Shown piece after piece: positions 1 to 9,653 of a stretch of DNA of 43,199 nucleotides; position 1 is the stretch's first letter; each line of letters begins with the position of its first letter. The notes beneath the pieces were generated by a model. That model did no database searches and had not been told where the DNA came from. It saw only the letters and a program-made list of their open reading frames with translations. The stretch covers positions 1 through 43,199 of IMG/VR virus record IMGVR_UViG_2728369130_000006. One strand, 5' to 3'. The stretch is from a virus. Taxonomy: Duplodnaviria; Heunggongvirae; Uroviricota; Caudoviricetes. Both the position numbers and the translations under genes were made by a program.

Positions 1-50
1 TTTTTTCCTCCTATAATTTTATTAGGTTATCATTATTAATTTGTAGTATA

Positions 51-1340
51 TCAGTCGAATAACTTACCATACGGATGAGAAGGGGAGTCTTCGCGCTTTC
101 CTTCTCCATTTAATAGAGGTAAGTGAATACTACTGCCGCTATTTGATTTTTTAGAGAAATTCTTTTTATTTGCAAGTTTTTTTCCTAAGATTGCGTAACA
201 TTTTTCTTCAATTTCTTCAATTGAGAACTTATGAATATCCAAATCTTTAATATCACTTTCAGTGAGTTGAAAATCATTAAAAATCTTTTGGACTTTGGAT
301 TCATGCTCTGCTTTTTCAACTTTAAGTTTAAATTCTCTCAGTTCTTCTAGTTCTGTCTTTGCATCTGATAGTTCAGTTTTTAGGTTGTCAATTTCATCTT
401 CTAAAGACTTGACTTGAGGATTCTCTTCTTGATCTTCATTTTTAGGCTCTACATTTTTAGGCTCTTTCTGATCTTCATTTTCAGGCTGATCATCTTTTCC
501 ATCATTATCTTCTTTACTAGAAGCGCCTTTTTGATTATCTTTTGAATTATCCTCATCAGGTTTCTCAGTTTCTAAAACCTCTACAATTTTTGCTTCTAAT
601 TCATCTTCTGAAATTTCTTCGAAGTTAATTCCCTTTTCAGTCAACTCCTCCATAGAAGTTGAATATTTTTCAAGCAATTTTTTTAAATCCATTTTATCTA
701 CCTCCTTATCATTTGATAGAGACGCTTTAAGATCACTCATCATTTTGGAAAACTCCCGTTTAAAAGAATCTTTATCTAGTGAATAAGCTGTTATACTCGC
801 GTCTTCAAACGCAGGCTCTACATCGTCTCCTAAGATACATAGAGCTGAAAATGTGAAGTTATTTATTTGATATGCTTCTTGAGTATCATCCCAATTGCCA
901 TCGATAACCTCAATCTCCATTGACTGACCTTTACCTTTCTCGATAACACTATAGGCTTCTTCGTATCTTCCAGTCCATAAATAACATCCATCAATAGAAA
1001 GATATTCACGAGTTAATCCATCTCGTCCTTTGACTTCTTCCCAAGTATAAGTAGCTGATTCAGGAACAACACCATAAGGTTTTGTCGTATGTATAAACTT
1101 GTAAGAATCTAAGTCAACTGCTCCTCCATGACCTTTAAAGTCTTCCGCGGCCTCACTAAACTCTCCAACTATGGGGATATTTTTTAGAGTAGGAAGAGCC
1201 TTTTCAACAGCTTCTTTTGTGATTATTGACATGTTTCTATTCTTTCCTGTATATAAAACACGAACCCTACAAGTTGAGAAAAGAGGGTTGACCTGTTTAA
1301 CATCACTAATACTTGCTTGAAAATCTAATCTTTTACTCAC
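51..1340 (-). CDS. Putative prohead protease/scaffold protein (SPbeta YonD-like)
   Basis: 429 aa directly downstream of the portal; globular N-terminal domain followed by an acidic low-complexity linker and a coiled-coil C-terminus, typical of protease-scaffold fusions. Confidence 0.65.
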   Translation of the reverse strand: MSKRLDFQASISDVKQVNPLFSTCRVRVLYTGKNRNMSIITKEAVEKALPTLKNIPIVGEFSEAAEDFKGHGGAVDLDSYKFIHTTKPYGVVPESATYTWEEVKGRDGLTREYLSIDGCYLWTGRYEEAYSVIEKGKGQSMEIEVIDGNWDDTQEAYQINNFTFSALCILGDDVEPAFEDASITAYSLDKDSFKREFSKMMSDLKASLSNDKEVDKMDLKKLLEKYSTSMEELTEKGINFEEISEDELEAKIVEVLETEKPDEDNSKDNQKGASSKEDNDGKDDQPENEDQKEPKNVEPKNEDQEENPQVKSLEDEIDNLKTELSDAKTELEELREFKLKVEKAEHESKVQKIFNDFQLTESDIKDLDIHKFSIEEIEEKCYAILGKKLANKKNFSKKSNSGSSIHLPLLNGEGKREDSPSHPYGKLFD

Positions 1341-1372
1341 CCTTATTTCTCACCTCCTTTCAGTAAGCTTTA

Positions 1373-2887
1373 TTAATTAGGTTTGTCTCTGTCTCTCGAT
1401 GTCTCATCGGCTATATCCGCGTCATCTTTTTTCGGTCGTCCTTCATCGCCACTTTGATTACTATCGTTTACCGATACAGAGTCACTCATTGTATGAGAGC
1501 TTTGAAGAGGAATCCACTCTTCATGCATCTTTAATAGATCATTCTCTAGGAAGCTCATATTCATAACTTCGATAGGGTCTAATCCAACAGTGGCACTCAG
1601 ATGGTTTTTAACAGGAACGCCATATTGAGCATTTTCTAAGTACATCTTATACATTTCGCCTTGGTTAAACCTTGTTACAGGAAGAATGCTCACGTTGAAC
1701 ATTAAATCTTTAAATTGACTTTTTAGATATCGATTCAACCATCTTTCAATTTGAGTCAATAACTGAAAAACAATTTCCTCGTCTGACTTGATTGACATTG
1801 CCAATCCTGCGGATGAATTATTATCAGAAGAGAAGAGGAGCTGAGAAACACCTGTTCCTTCCCAAAAGTCTCTAGTTGCCTTTCCAACGCCATCATTATC
1901 TGCTTTATTTTCTTTAAATGTAATAGGATCAATTTCCATTGGAGAAGTAATAACTCCGACATTTTCAGGAACTACATCTGATGCTTGGTTATGGAAGAAC
2001 ATCATGAAGTCTTTATCGATTAAGAAGTCATTGTTATTATCTGAATCTGTACGCATAGGGAGTTTTTGCGTAAGAACCATGTAATTTCCCAATTTTTCTT
2101 TGTCTTTACGCAGTTCTTTAAACCCTTCAATATCAAATACAGAATCAAAAACACCAGCAAAAGGAGGGAAGATTTCTAACATTTCTTCATTAACTTTTAT
2201 ACAAATGGTATTCTTCGCATCCAACTCTACCCATTTTGAAATTTTAGGATTCTTTTCTTTTAAGACTTTCCATTCTCGATACTTGTATTGAATCTCATCT
2301 GCCCATTTATAGAGCTGGTCTTCATTTTTTTCAAAGCTAGACATGTCAATACTGTAATTCAAAACCCCATCTTCAACAGATGACAACTTACAAATCTCAA
2401 AAGGCATTTGCTGTATGTGGAAAGACTTTGTGCCTTCCTTATGTATATACCCATAAAAAATATCTTCACGAAAGGCCACGCTTAAAACTTTTGTCATCTC
2501 ATGTCTGAGGTTCATAAGTTTTACAAGCTCGCCAATCTCTACATACTGTTTCATCACTCTGGTTTTATTCATTTTTCTTATTTCTTTGATTGGAGGCACA
2601 ACATGAGCGAATGTTGCCATTCCAGCAAAGTGCTTCAATAAACGTTGATATTGAGGCGATTTAGCCCAAATTAATAAAGATATTTCGCGAAGTTTTTCTT
2701 GATTTTTTTCATCTTTATAATTTTCGATTATTTCACGAACTTCGCTTTGCTTATACTTTTTGAGAAACTTCCTTCCAGACTTACTACTGGACAGATCGTT
2801 AATAATTAATTTGGCAAATTCCTCTTTCTTAAAAGACACCACAGAAGGTCTAGCTACTTCTTTAATTTCTTCGGTCAAATCTTTCAC
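1373..2887 (-). CDS. Phage portal protein (SPbeta YonE-like)
   Basis: 504 aa between terminase and scaffold; acidic C-terminal tail ending GDEGRPKK, typical of portals. Confidence 0.75.
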   Translation of the reverse strand: MKDLTEEIKEVARPSVVSFKKEEFAKLIINDLSSSKSGRKFLKKYKQSEVREIIENYKDEKNQEKLREISLLIWAKSPQYQRLLKHFAGMATFAHVVPPIKEIRKMNKTRVMKQYVEIGELVKLMNLRHEMTKVLSVAFREDIFYGYIHKEGTKSFHIQQMPFEICKLSSVEDGVLNYSIDMSSFEKNEDQLYKWADEIQYKYREWKVLKEKNPKISKWVELDAKNTICIKVNEEMLEIFPPFAGVFDSVFDIEGFKELRKDKEKLGNYMVLTQKLPMRTDSDNNNDFLIDKDFMMFFHNQASDVVPENVGVITSPMEIDPITFKENKADNDGVGKATRDFWEGTGVSQLLFSSDNNSSAGLAMSIKSDEEIVFQLLTQIERWLNRYLKSQFKDLMFNVSILPVTRFNQGEMYKMYLENAQYGVPVKNHLSATVGLDPIEVMNMSFLENDLLKMHEEWIPLQSSHTMSDSVSVNDSNQSGDEGRPKKDDADIADETSRDRDKPN

Positions 2888-2890
2888 CTC

Positions 2891-4624
2891 CTAATCCCAT
2901 CCTCTGATTCTCATTTTTGGTTTTCTAACTGCGAAGAATCCTTTCGCATCAACCGTTTCTCTTTTTCTTTGTTGATTTTTCTGTTCTTCAAGATAAATAT
3001 AATAAAGCCCATAAGAAACAGCAGAATACCTATCCTTTTCCATACTTTTAGAAACTCTCTTTACAACTGTTTTATTTCCTCTAGCTTCATATATTAAATT
3101 CATAACTTCATCCACAAATAAACCAGTTTCAACATGAGGAACAAGTTGATCCGCCAATTTTTCAAAGTCTTTTTCTTTAGATTTTTCTTTAATTGTGGAA
3201 TCAGAAACTAACAATTTTAAATCATGATTTGATATTACCGCCATGAAGTTGTTGTGAATATTTGAGGCATTTGTTTCTTTTGTATTAGACATAACATTAA
3301 AGATAAGAGGGAGGGAGTTGGGGAGTTTATATTTCTGATAAGTTCCATCATCATTTACGACTGAGTAAGAAGGGTACTTATCTTCTTTAACCAAATAATC
3401 CAACAATCCGCGACCAAGGCCGTTACCATCAACAACAACCATTGACGCGTCAAACTTGTCCACTAATTCTTTTATGTAAATACTTTGATCTTCAAAGTGC
3501 ATATTTCCTTTATAGGTATGAACATTTACTAACTGTTTAAAGTAAGTTCCGTTTCCTCTAGGAATTAACTTAAATATTGCAATTGCTGTGGTGGCTGTAT
3601 TCTTTCTCTCTGAACGTGCAACGTCAACAGCTATTACATATTTATGATCACCTTTGGCGGCACTAAATTCTGCTTTCGTAAGAACTCGGCATTTTTCTAA
3701 ATCTTTGAGTTGTACCAAGCTATTTTCACTAGAGCCTGTCCATACACTCATATATTCACGCGCAAATTGAAGAGGAGACATGGAAGGATCAGACCTTACC
3801 TCTTCGATATAGTCTGGATCAAGCTGTTCGAACATTACTGGCAAAGAATAATCATTACCGATTACGTAAGCGCTTTTTCCTCTAGCCATATCAACCATTA
3901 CCGAGAACAATTGTTCCCAAGCGTATGACTGCCGCGATGAAGCGGTTGTAACATACATTAGTTGCTTATGTATCTCATGCTTTGAAACCTTTCCATCCGC
4001 ACCCTTACGGTTATTTGCTAACAGCGGCAGTAAAACTTCACCAATGACTTCTCTATGCTTTTCCATTTGACATATTTCCTCAAAAGATAATCCATGCCTA
4101 CGAAGACCACGCGATCCCTGAGAGGCTACTACAATGTCAAGAACGCTATTATTTAAAAATTTTAATCTTGTATAGTCTTTAGCAAATGTAGCGCCTTTTG
4201 GCTTGATTTCCTTTTGTAGTAAGGGTATGAAATTCCAGATTGCTTCAATATTTTGTTGAGCTATCTGACTAGCTTGATCTTTTTGTGGTGCAACTAGAGA
4301 TAATTTAATGCCTGGAAAAAATATGCATTTGAGATACATGGATAAAATATTTAGAAATGATTTAGAAGTTCCCCTTGTAGCGGTGATATATACTTTCTTA
4401 TATCTAGCCATTACTCTTAAAAAGATTCTTTGGAAGGGATATAACTTGAAGGTACTATCTTCTGGAAGAATATAATCTATAAAACGATCGGGGTAGACTT
4501 GAAAATAGGAAAGCATTTCTGCGAAATCAGGAAACATTTCATGAATACTTTTACTTGAGTTTGTTCCTTTTACATTTTCTAACTCATCCCAAGTTTTCCA
4601 CTTTTTATTGCTCATCTTCTTCAT
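2891..4624 (-). CDS. terL: Terminase large subunit
   Basis: ATPase motifs (ATRGTSKS; RGLRRHGLSFEE) and RNase H-like nuclease motifs (AVDVA, VVDGNGLG, KDRYSA); adjacent to portal. Confidence 0.9.
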   Translation of the reverse strand: MKKMSNKKWKTWDELENVKGTNSSKSIHEMFPDFAEMLSYFQVYPDRFIDYILPEDSTFKLYPFQRIFLRVMARYKKVYITATRGTSKSFLNILSMYLKCIFFPGIKLSLVAPQKDQASQIAQQNIEAIWNFIPLLQKEIKPKGATFAKDYTRLKFLNNSVLDIVVASQGSRGLRRHGLSFEEICQMEKHREVIGEVLLPLLANNRKGADGKVSKHEIHKQLMYVTTASSRQSYAWEQLFSVMVDMARGKSAYVIGNDYSLPVMFEQLDPDYIEEVRSDPSMSPLQFAREYMSVWTGSSENSLVQLKDLEKCRVLTKAEFSAAKGDHKYVIAVDVARSERKNTATTAIAIFKLIPRGNGTYFKQLVNVHTYKGNMHFEDQSIYIKELVDKFDASMVVVDGNGLGRGLLDYLVKEDKYPSYSVVNDDGTYQKYKLPNSLPLIFNVMSNTKETNASNIHNNFMAVISNHDLKLLVSDSTIKEKSKEKDFEKLADQLVPHVETGLFVDEVMNLIYEARGNKTVVKRVSKSMEKDRYSAVSYGLYYIYLEEQKNQQRKRETVDAKGFFAVRKPKMRIRGWD

Positions 4625-5579
4625 CCTCTAGAGAAAAGTCCATGTCATCATAATCATTCTCGTTTAATTCTACTGGAGTTTCATCCACTTCATAAAATTC
4701 ATCTAATTCTTGCTCAATTTCTTCTGGAAGCTCTGATAAGACTTGTTTTCCAACTAACCTGTTGTAATAATTGGCGAGAGCAACTATCATTGCATCAACA
4801 ACATCTTCTTCAAATGTAACAACGGGAGGTTTTCTAAAACCACGCTTTTCTACTTCCTCGAATATTTGAGAAAAGCTTCTAATTCCAGTTGCATCATCTA
4901 ATCCTTGTCTATCTACAGGTCTAAACCCAGCGGATTTAGTCATATCTTCCATAGTCTTTGATAGCTTGTTGTAATTGTTCCAATCGCCAGCCTGCCTTAA
5001 TCTGTCTCGCTCAACAGACAAGTAAGATAATTGTTTTAGTTGGTCTATATGAATAGAGGTGCTAATCTCATGAGTCTCTTTCATATCTGTATAAAACTTT
5101 TCCATCTGGAGATACTCATGCTTTTTATATCCGATACCCCATTTATCCACCAGATCATCTGAATACTCAATGAGTTTTCCTTGTTGGGTTTCAATTGTAT
5201 CTGACAGCTTTGCTGTCTGTAGGTCTGTTGACTTTCCAATACCTTGTATACCATCACTATCATCAAATGTTTTACCTTTTAATTGTTGGAGCGAATTAAT
5301 CTTTCTAATGTATTCACCAAGGGCATGTCTTCCAGACTGAACAGCTTCATTCCATATCTTTTCCACAAAGGGTTTGTCGATCTGTCTTAAAAAGCCAATC
5401 ACAGCTTCTATATCGTCAACATCTACTTGTTCACGAACACAGTCACGACAAATATTGATCATCCCATCGGGGAATAGTGGACTATCTACTTTGTAGAAAA
5501 ATGTGTTCGCTTTTTCTTTCTCGCAAGAACTACATTTTTTCTTAGGTTTATCGTTATTCCTTCGCCTTGAATTACTCAT
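4605..5579 (-). CDS. Putative terminase small subunit with N-terminal CxxC..CxxC zinc finger
   Basis: 324 aa overlapping the terL start; CSSC and CRDC motifs; called mainly from position. Confidence 0.5.
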   Translation of the reverse strand: MSNSRRRNNDKPKKKCSSCEKEKANTFFYKVDSPLFPDGMINICRDCVREQVDVDDIEAVIGFLRQIDKPFVEKIWNEAVQSGRHALGEYIRKINSLQQLKGKTFDDSDGIQGIGKSTDLQTAKLSDTIETQQGKLIEYSDDLVDKWGIGYKKHEYLQMEKFYTDMKETHEISTSIHIDQLKQLSYLSVERDRLRQAGDWNNYNKLSKTMEDMTKSAGFRPVDRQGLDDATGIRSFSQIFEEVEKRGFRKPPVVTFEEDVVDAMIVALANYYNRLVGKQVLSELPEEIEQELDEFYEVDETPVELNENDYDDMDFSLEDEEDEQ

Positions 5580-5608
5580 ACATTCGTTCCTTTCTTTTGT
5601 TCATTTAA

Positions 5609-5677
5609 AAAAGAGCATTATTAAAGCGTCTTAGTTAAAAAGGGAGGGAAAACTAAGGCGCTTTGAAATGCTCTTTT
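5609..5677. other. Long nested hairpin upstream of the packaging genes
   Basis: AAAAGAGCATT/AATGCTCTTTT outer arms and AAAGCGTCTTAGTT/AACTAAGGCGCTTT inner arms. Confidence 0.6.
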
Positions 5678-5752
5678 CATAGAAAAATACCTTCTATAGT
5701 TTATCGTGTTTTGAAACGGTTTTTGTACCACTTTTTTAATAAAATGTTGTTT

Positions 5753-6019
5753 TTATACTTTGGTTTCGACTTGTAAGTTTAGTTTTTCCATTAATTTATC
5801 ATCATCTGTATTATTAATCACATAGGTAAAAGTTTTTCCTCGTAATTTTGTATCTAAATCTTTAGCAGTGTTGTGAAGATTAATAATTGTAATAGCAACA
5901 TTACCTTTTGTAAATATGACATGATCACCACATCTTTGATATTTATCGGATTTACCTAGTAAATTTCGAAACGTTTTAAAATGTATTACAGACTCCATCA
6001 AAATCTTTTTCGAATACAA
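5753..6019 (-). CDS. Hypothetical phage protein
   Basis: 88 aa ORF co-oriented with the operon; start uncertain because it overlaps the upstream ORF. Confidence 0.5.
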   Translation of the reverse strand: MYSKKILMESVIHFKTFRNLLGKSDKYQRCGDHVIFTKGNVAITIINLHNTAKDLDTKLRGKTFTYVINNTDDDKLMEKLNLQVETKV

Positions 6020-6170
6020 TAATTGACTCCTTCTCTTGCTTAGGAAACAAAAGATTATGCAATAATTGAATAGATTCTCCGATCATATCATCTGCTTTCA
6101 AAATACCTTTATCATTCATTCTCATCAATAGATTAATATAATCAATTAACTCCTGTGGTTTTGTTGTCAT
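5976..6170 (-). CDS. Hypothetical phage protein
   Basis: 64 aa ORF with an AAAGGA RBS. Confidence 0.55.
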   Translation of the reverse strand: MTTKPQELIDYINLLMRMNDKGILKADDMIGESIQLLHNLLFPKQEKESIIVFEKDFDGVCNTF

Positions 6171-6194
6171 AACTATTCATTCCTTTATTATTTT

Positions 6195-7433
6195 TTATCC
6201 AACCTTAATTCTCTTAACTTCAACGTCCCCATTTTCATCAACGATAATAATTCCTTGAGAAGGAGAGGAAAGTTTCCTTAATTTATTTTTACTATAATCA
6301 TCTGCGCCTTTTAGCGATCCTAATGTAACAATTCTTTTATCTAACCCAACTTCGATGTCTCTAAAACTATGATAATGACCCATTACAATCATATCGTAAA
6401 CAATATTGTCCATCGCAGAATGTTTTGCTAAAAGAAATTCATCCTTAAAAGAATCTCTATCTCCATGAATAAATTTTATATTACGTGAATTAATCCTTAA
6501 TCGATATTCATAGTCATCGGCTTCATTAAAAGTAATTCTTTCAGTTTTTGTATTTTGAATAAATGACTTGATTGAATAGTTTATTGACTTTACTACATGA
6601 TCTCCATCTGTGTTTTTTTCTTTGTCGGTAATTCGATCGTGATTTCCTGCAATTCCTGCATAAGAAACATTAAATCTTTTTTCGGCAAGAAACATTAGGA
6701 ACTTGATTATTAAATCCGAAGCTCTTACAATTTGATCGGAAAATAGAAATTCAACATTATATCCTTGATTAAATCTCATAGATGAATGCTCGATAACATC
6801 ACCCAAGTTAACAACATGAAGATCTGTTATATTGTTCATATTTGCCTCTCTAATTATTTTAGAAGCATAGACACTCAGTCTTTCGAGTGCAATATTGAAA
6901 TTATATTGATTTACATTAGTATCTACTAATGCACCTATATGTAGGTCAGACAATCCAACAATCATTTTTTTGCCAGAAGAGGGAAGGGGAGAGGTTTCAA
7001 TTTTTAAACTAGAGAAATCATAATTTTTGAAAGCGCTTCCAATTTGATCAGCAACAATACTAAAATCAATTAGCTCTCTTTTCCCTTTATTAATTTCTCT
7101 TAAGACATTTTGATTCTCTCTTTTCTCATAAGATATTTCTCCAACTAATTCTTTAATCGATTCAAGTTTATTATCAGTAACCATGTCCGCATGCTTTTGA
7201 ACATCTGGAAGTTCTCCAATTGATTTTTGGTATGATTTAATCATGCATCGATAGGATTCGCTGTTTTCAGCATCATAGAACCCTTCTTTCTCCATTAGTT
7301 TAACTAATTGATTCCAAGAAGCCCGTCTAGATGGAGAAGCCTTTTGTAATTCTTTTTTTATTCGAACAGCAGTTATCAAATGCTCCTTTGAAACAGTGAT
7401 TAGCTCACCAGATTTATTTGTATATGATCTCAT
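6195..7433 (-). CDS. Calcineurin-like metallophosphoesterase (SPbeta YonJ-like)
   Basis: Motifs SDLHIG, LGDVIE, GNHD, HGD, GHYH. Confidence 0.85.
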   Translation of the reverse strand: MRSYTNKSGELITVSKEHLITAVRIKKELQKASPSRRASWNQLVKLMEKEGFYDAENSESYRCMIKSYQKSIGELPDVQKHADMVTDNKLESIKELVGEISYEKRENQNVLREINKGKRELIDFSIVADQIGSAFKNYDFSSLKIETSPLPSSGKKMIVGLSDLHIGALVDTNVNQYNFNIALERLSVYASKIIREANMNNITDLHVVNLGDVIEHSSMRFNQGYNVEFLFSDQIVRASDLIIKFLMFLAEKRFNVSYAGIAGNHDRITDKEKNTDGDHVVKSINYSIKSFIQNTKTERITFNEADDYEYRLRINSRNIKFIHGDRDSFKDEFLLAKHSAMDNIVYDMIVMGHYHSFRDIEVGLDKRIVTLGSLKGADDYSKNKLRKLSSPSQGIIIVDENGDVEVKRIKVG

Positions 7434-7468
7434 TCTATATATTCATCCTTATCTTTTTATTAATACAA

Positions 7469-7500
7469 AATAAGCCAAAGGCATCAACCTCTGACTTATT
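7469..7500 (-). terminator. Intrinsic terminator closing the tRNA/Y-like RNA/DUF2828 unit
   Basis: Minus strand AATAAGTCAGAGG-TTGATG-CCTTTGGCTTATT followed by TTGTATT. Confidence 0.6.
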
Positions 7501-7555
7501 ATTCTGCCTTCCCGACCACTCGCAGAAGCGAGAAATTATATACAGAAGGGACAGC

Positions 7556-9016
7556 CTAAGCTGTAACCTTTTGATAACGATCGCCACAGATGACATCTAG
7601 CATGAAGTCATATGGTGTTTTCCCATCAGAGCTTAACAACTGTGTTAAGATGCTTGGCGAGAATCCGCTTACAAGCTGTACTCCAACTTCGTTCATTGTC
7701 ATAGGCGTATTACTATGCGCGTTCACATTCCAAAAAACAATGTTAGGTAAATCGTAGCCATAACTATTGAATTTTTCCTCCATATTTTTAAAAATGTTTT
7801 TACTAGCCCCATCAACACAGTGGTTAAACTGCATATCTGAAATGATGTAAATCTTCTTTACTACTTCATCGTTTGGAAGATTGTTTTTCACTGCTACATC
7901 TAAGATTGTTTGAAGTGATTTTTCGATATTGGTACTACAACCCCAATTCACACGTGAAATATTGTTAACTTTTTCGACAATATTTGTTCCTTGAATCTTG
8001 ACTAACTCTGGACGCGCACTAAATGTCATGAAATGATCTTTATAAGCACCTTTATTTCTCTCAGCGATATACATCGCTAATGAGATAGCAACATTCATTG
8101 GTGTACCAGACATACTTCTACTTACATCAGCCATAACAATTGAGTCTTCTGATTTATCTCCCATGTAGTTAGGAAGATTATTCCACTGACCTTCAAATAA
8201 TTTGATTTCTTGCTTTGAAAGTCTAGGTTTTAACCAATGATGATTGCCTAAAATTTTTCCAACAATGTCATTAGGGTATAATGTGCCAGAGTTAACCTTT
8301 GTCTCTCCGTTAGTTAGAGAATCAAGAAATGCACGGTATCTCTTTTCATCATTTCGAAAGAACGCATCACGGTAAATCATGCCCGCTTTAGAAGGGAGTT
8401 TATCATATGAAATTTCTTCGTATCTTCTTTCCGTAAGCTTTGTCTCAACAATGTTAATCTTTTCTCTAAGAGAGGCTAAAAGTTTACGGTACTGCTTTGG
8501 AGTTCCACCAAGAGCTTTTCGGAATATTCTCGCATACTTCTTAGTTCTCGTGGAAGAGGCATTTTCAGAGGGCATCCATTTTGCAAGTAAAGATGGATTA
8601 TCCGCCTCTTTATCAGCTAGTAATTGTTCTTTAACTAGCTTAAGAATTTCTTTTTGTACAGGTGTTTCAAGTAACTCCCACATATCGTCCCATCGACCAT
8701 ACAAAGGAATTAAGTGAAGATTTTTCACTAGAGAATCCTTGTTATATACTGACAAATGGCGGAGAGCTAAACGAAAAAATCTACGTTCTCCTTGACCTTG
8801 AGCGATATCACGAAGATAGAAGAGAGCCTTCATTGCTAAAGTTGCATCTTCTGCATAGGCTTTTGAGAACAATTTGACTACTTCATCATCACTTTTATTT
8901 CTATAAGCTCCACCCATAGAAAATAAGTCTAGCACAGCAGATTTAGTGCTTTTATAAGCTAATGCTCCATTTAGGGTTTCTGTTTCATTAAATTCATTTA
9001 CTAAGTGATTTAACAT
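7556..9016 (-). CDS. DUF2828-family protein with C-terminal vWA domain (Ro60/TROVE-like RNA-binding protein)
   Basis: N-terminal T.NGA.AY.ST, LFYLRDI..G.GER, YGRWDD and LAKW.PSE motifs; MIDAS-like DVSRSMS; STN, ISDMQF, IVFWNV. Relationship to Ro60 is inferred from architecture. Confidence 0.8.
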   Translation of the reverse strand: MLNHLVNEFNETETLNGALAYKSTKSAVLDLFSMGGAYRNKSDDEVVKLFSKAYAEDATLAMKALFYLRDIAQGQGERRFFRLALRHLSVYNKDSLVKNLHLIPLYGRWDDMWELLETPVQKEILKLVKEQLLADKEADNPSLLAKWMPSENASSTRTKKYARIFRKALGGTPKQYRKLLASLREKINIVETKLTERRYEEISYDKLPSKAGMIYRDAFFRNDEKRYRAFLDSLTNGETKVNSGTLYPNDIVGKILGNHHWLKPRLSKQEIKLFEGQWNNLPNYMGDKSEDSIVMADVSRSMSGTPMNVAISLAMYIAERNKGAYKDHFMTFSARPELVKIQGTNIVEKVNNISRVNWGCSTNIEKSLQTILDVAVKNNLPNDEVVKKIYIISDMQFNHCVDGASKNIFKNMEEKFNSYGYDLPNIVFWNVNAHSNTPMTMNEVGVQLVSGFSPSILTQLLSSDGKTPYDFMLDVICGDRYQKVTA

Positions 9017-9109
9017 GTTATCACTTCTCCTTTTTCTTCTTTTACATTCCGTAAAACTAAGAAACTATAAATAAATTATTATTTCATTATTAATTTTATT
9101 ATAAAAGTA

Positions 9110-9180
9110 TATGATCTATCGGATTCGAACCGATACCCAATGGTTGGAAGCCATCGATACTACCTTTATACTAAGCTCAC
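9110..9180 (-). tRNA. tRNA-Gly(TCC), atypical (acceptor-stem mismatch, A discriminator)
   Basis: GTGAGCT/AGATCAT acceptor, GATGG-CTTCCAA-CCATT anticodon arm, TATCGG-TTCGAAT-CCGATA T region. Confidence 0.65.
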
Positions 9181-9185
9181 ATGAA

Positions 9186-9270
9186 CGGAGTGTAGAGGAT
9201 TCGAACCTCTGCCACCTTTCGGTGCTAACTGCTTAGCAAACAGTCCTCTTAACAACTTGAGTAACACTCC
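9186..9270 (-). tRNA. tRNA-Ser(GCT)
   Basis: GGAGTGT/ACACTCC acceptor, ACTGT-TTGCTAA-GCAGT, long variable arm, G discriminator. Confidence 0.93.
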
Positions 9271-9275
9271 AAAGC

Positions 9276-9352
9276 TAGGCGCAATAATATCTGTCAATTT
9301 ACCATAATTATTTTTAAACCTACACTATTAAGAATATTGCTGTACGCGCCTA
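9276..9352 (-). ncRNA. Y-RNA-like element A (ACAGCAA family)
   Basis: TAGGCGC-GT-ACAGCAA...GCGCCTA; 7-bp terminal helix and shared motif. Confidence 0.65.
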
Positions 9353-9354
9353 TC

Positions 9355-9478
9355 AAGACACTGTTTATAAAGTCCTGTCTTAAGCCACTTGACGACTATC
9401 GGTACTTGCCGACAGGTAGGATTCGAACCTACGAATGGGACTGACCACGTTATGCATTAGAATAGCTGTTAGTGTCTT
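9355..9478 (-). ncRNA. Y-RNA-like element B enclosing a circularly permuted tRNA mimic (YrlA-like)
   Basis: AAGACACT/AGTGTCTT terminal helix, ACAGCTA motif, then T arm GTAGG-TTCGAAT-CCTAC, loop-closed acceptor CTGTCGG/CCGATAG, D arm GTC-AAGTGGCTTAA-GAC, and AGTCC/GGACT in place of the anticodon stem. Confidence 0.8.
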
Positions 9479-9482
9479 TTGA

Positions 9483-9563
9483 TACCGAAGGCAGGACTTG
9501 AACCTGCACGTCTTTCGACACCAGAGTCTAAATCTGGCGTGTCTGCCTTTCCACCACTTCGGC
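9483..9563 (-). tRNA. tRNA-Leu(TAG)
   Basis: GCCGAAG/CTTCGGT acceptor, CCAGA-TTTAGAC-TCTGG, variable arm, T arm. Confidence 0.92.
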
Positions 9564-9570
9564 ATAATAG

Positions 9571-9647
9571 ATGAGATGAAGGGATTCGAACCCTCGATAT
9601 TAGGATTTGCATTGCAATCCTATGCCTTACCACTTGGCTACATCCCA
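9571..9647 (-). tRNA. tRNA-Cys(GCA)-like with a 5-nt tandem duplication in the anticodon loop
   Basis: TGGGATG/CATCTCA acceptor, U discriminator, stem TAGGA/TCCTA with 12-nt loop TTGCAATGCAAA. Confidence 0.75.
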
Positions 9648-9653
9648 TATGAA

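Noticed and set aside
6195-7433. Metallophosphoesterase as the end-healing enzyme of the Ro60-like module
   Set aside because: It is separated from the module by a terminator and resembles a core SPbeta gene (YonJ-like), so adjacency is not evidence of partnership
1756-8877. Short shadow ORFs (1756, 2100, 3710, 5081, 7418, 8379, 8662)
   Set aside because: They overlap long confident genes, in antisense or alternate frames, without RBS support
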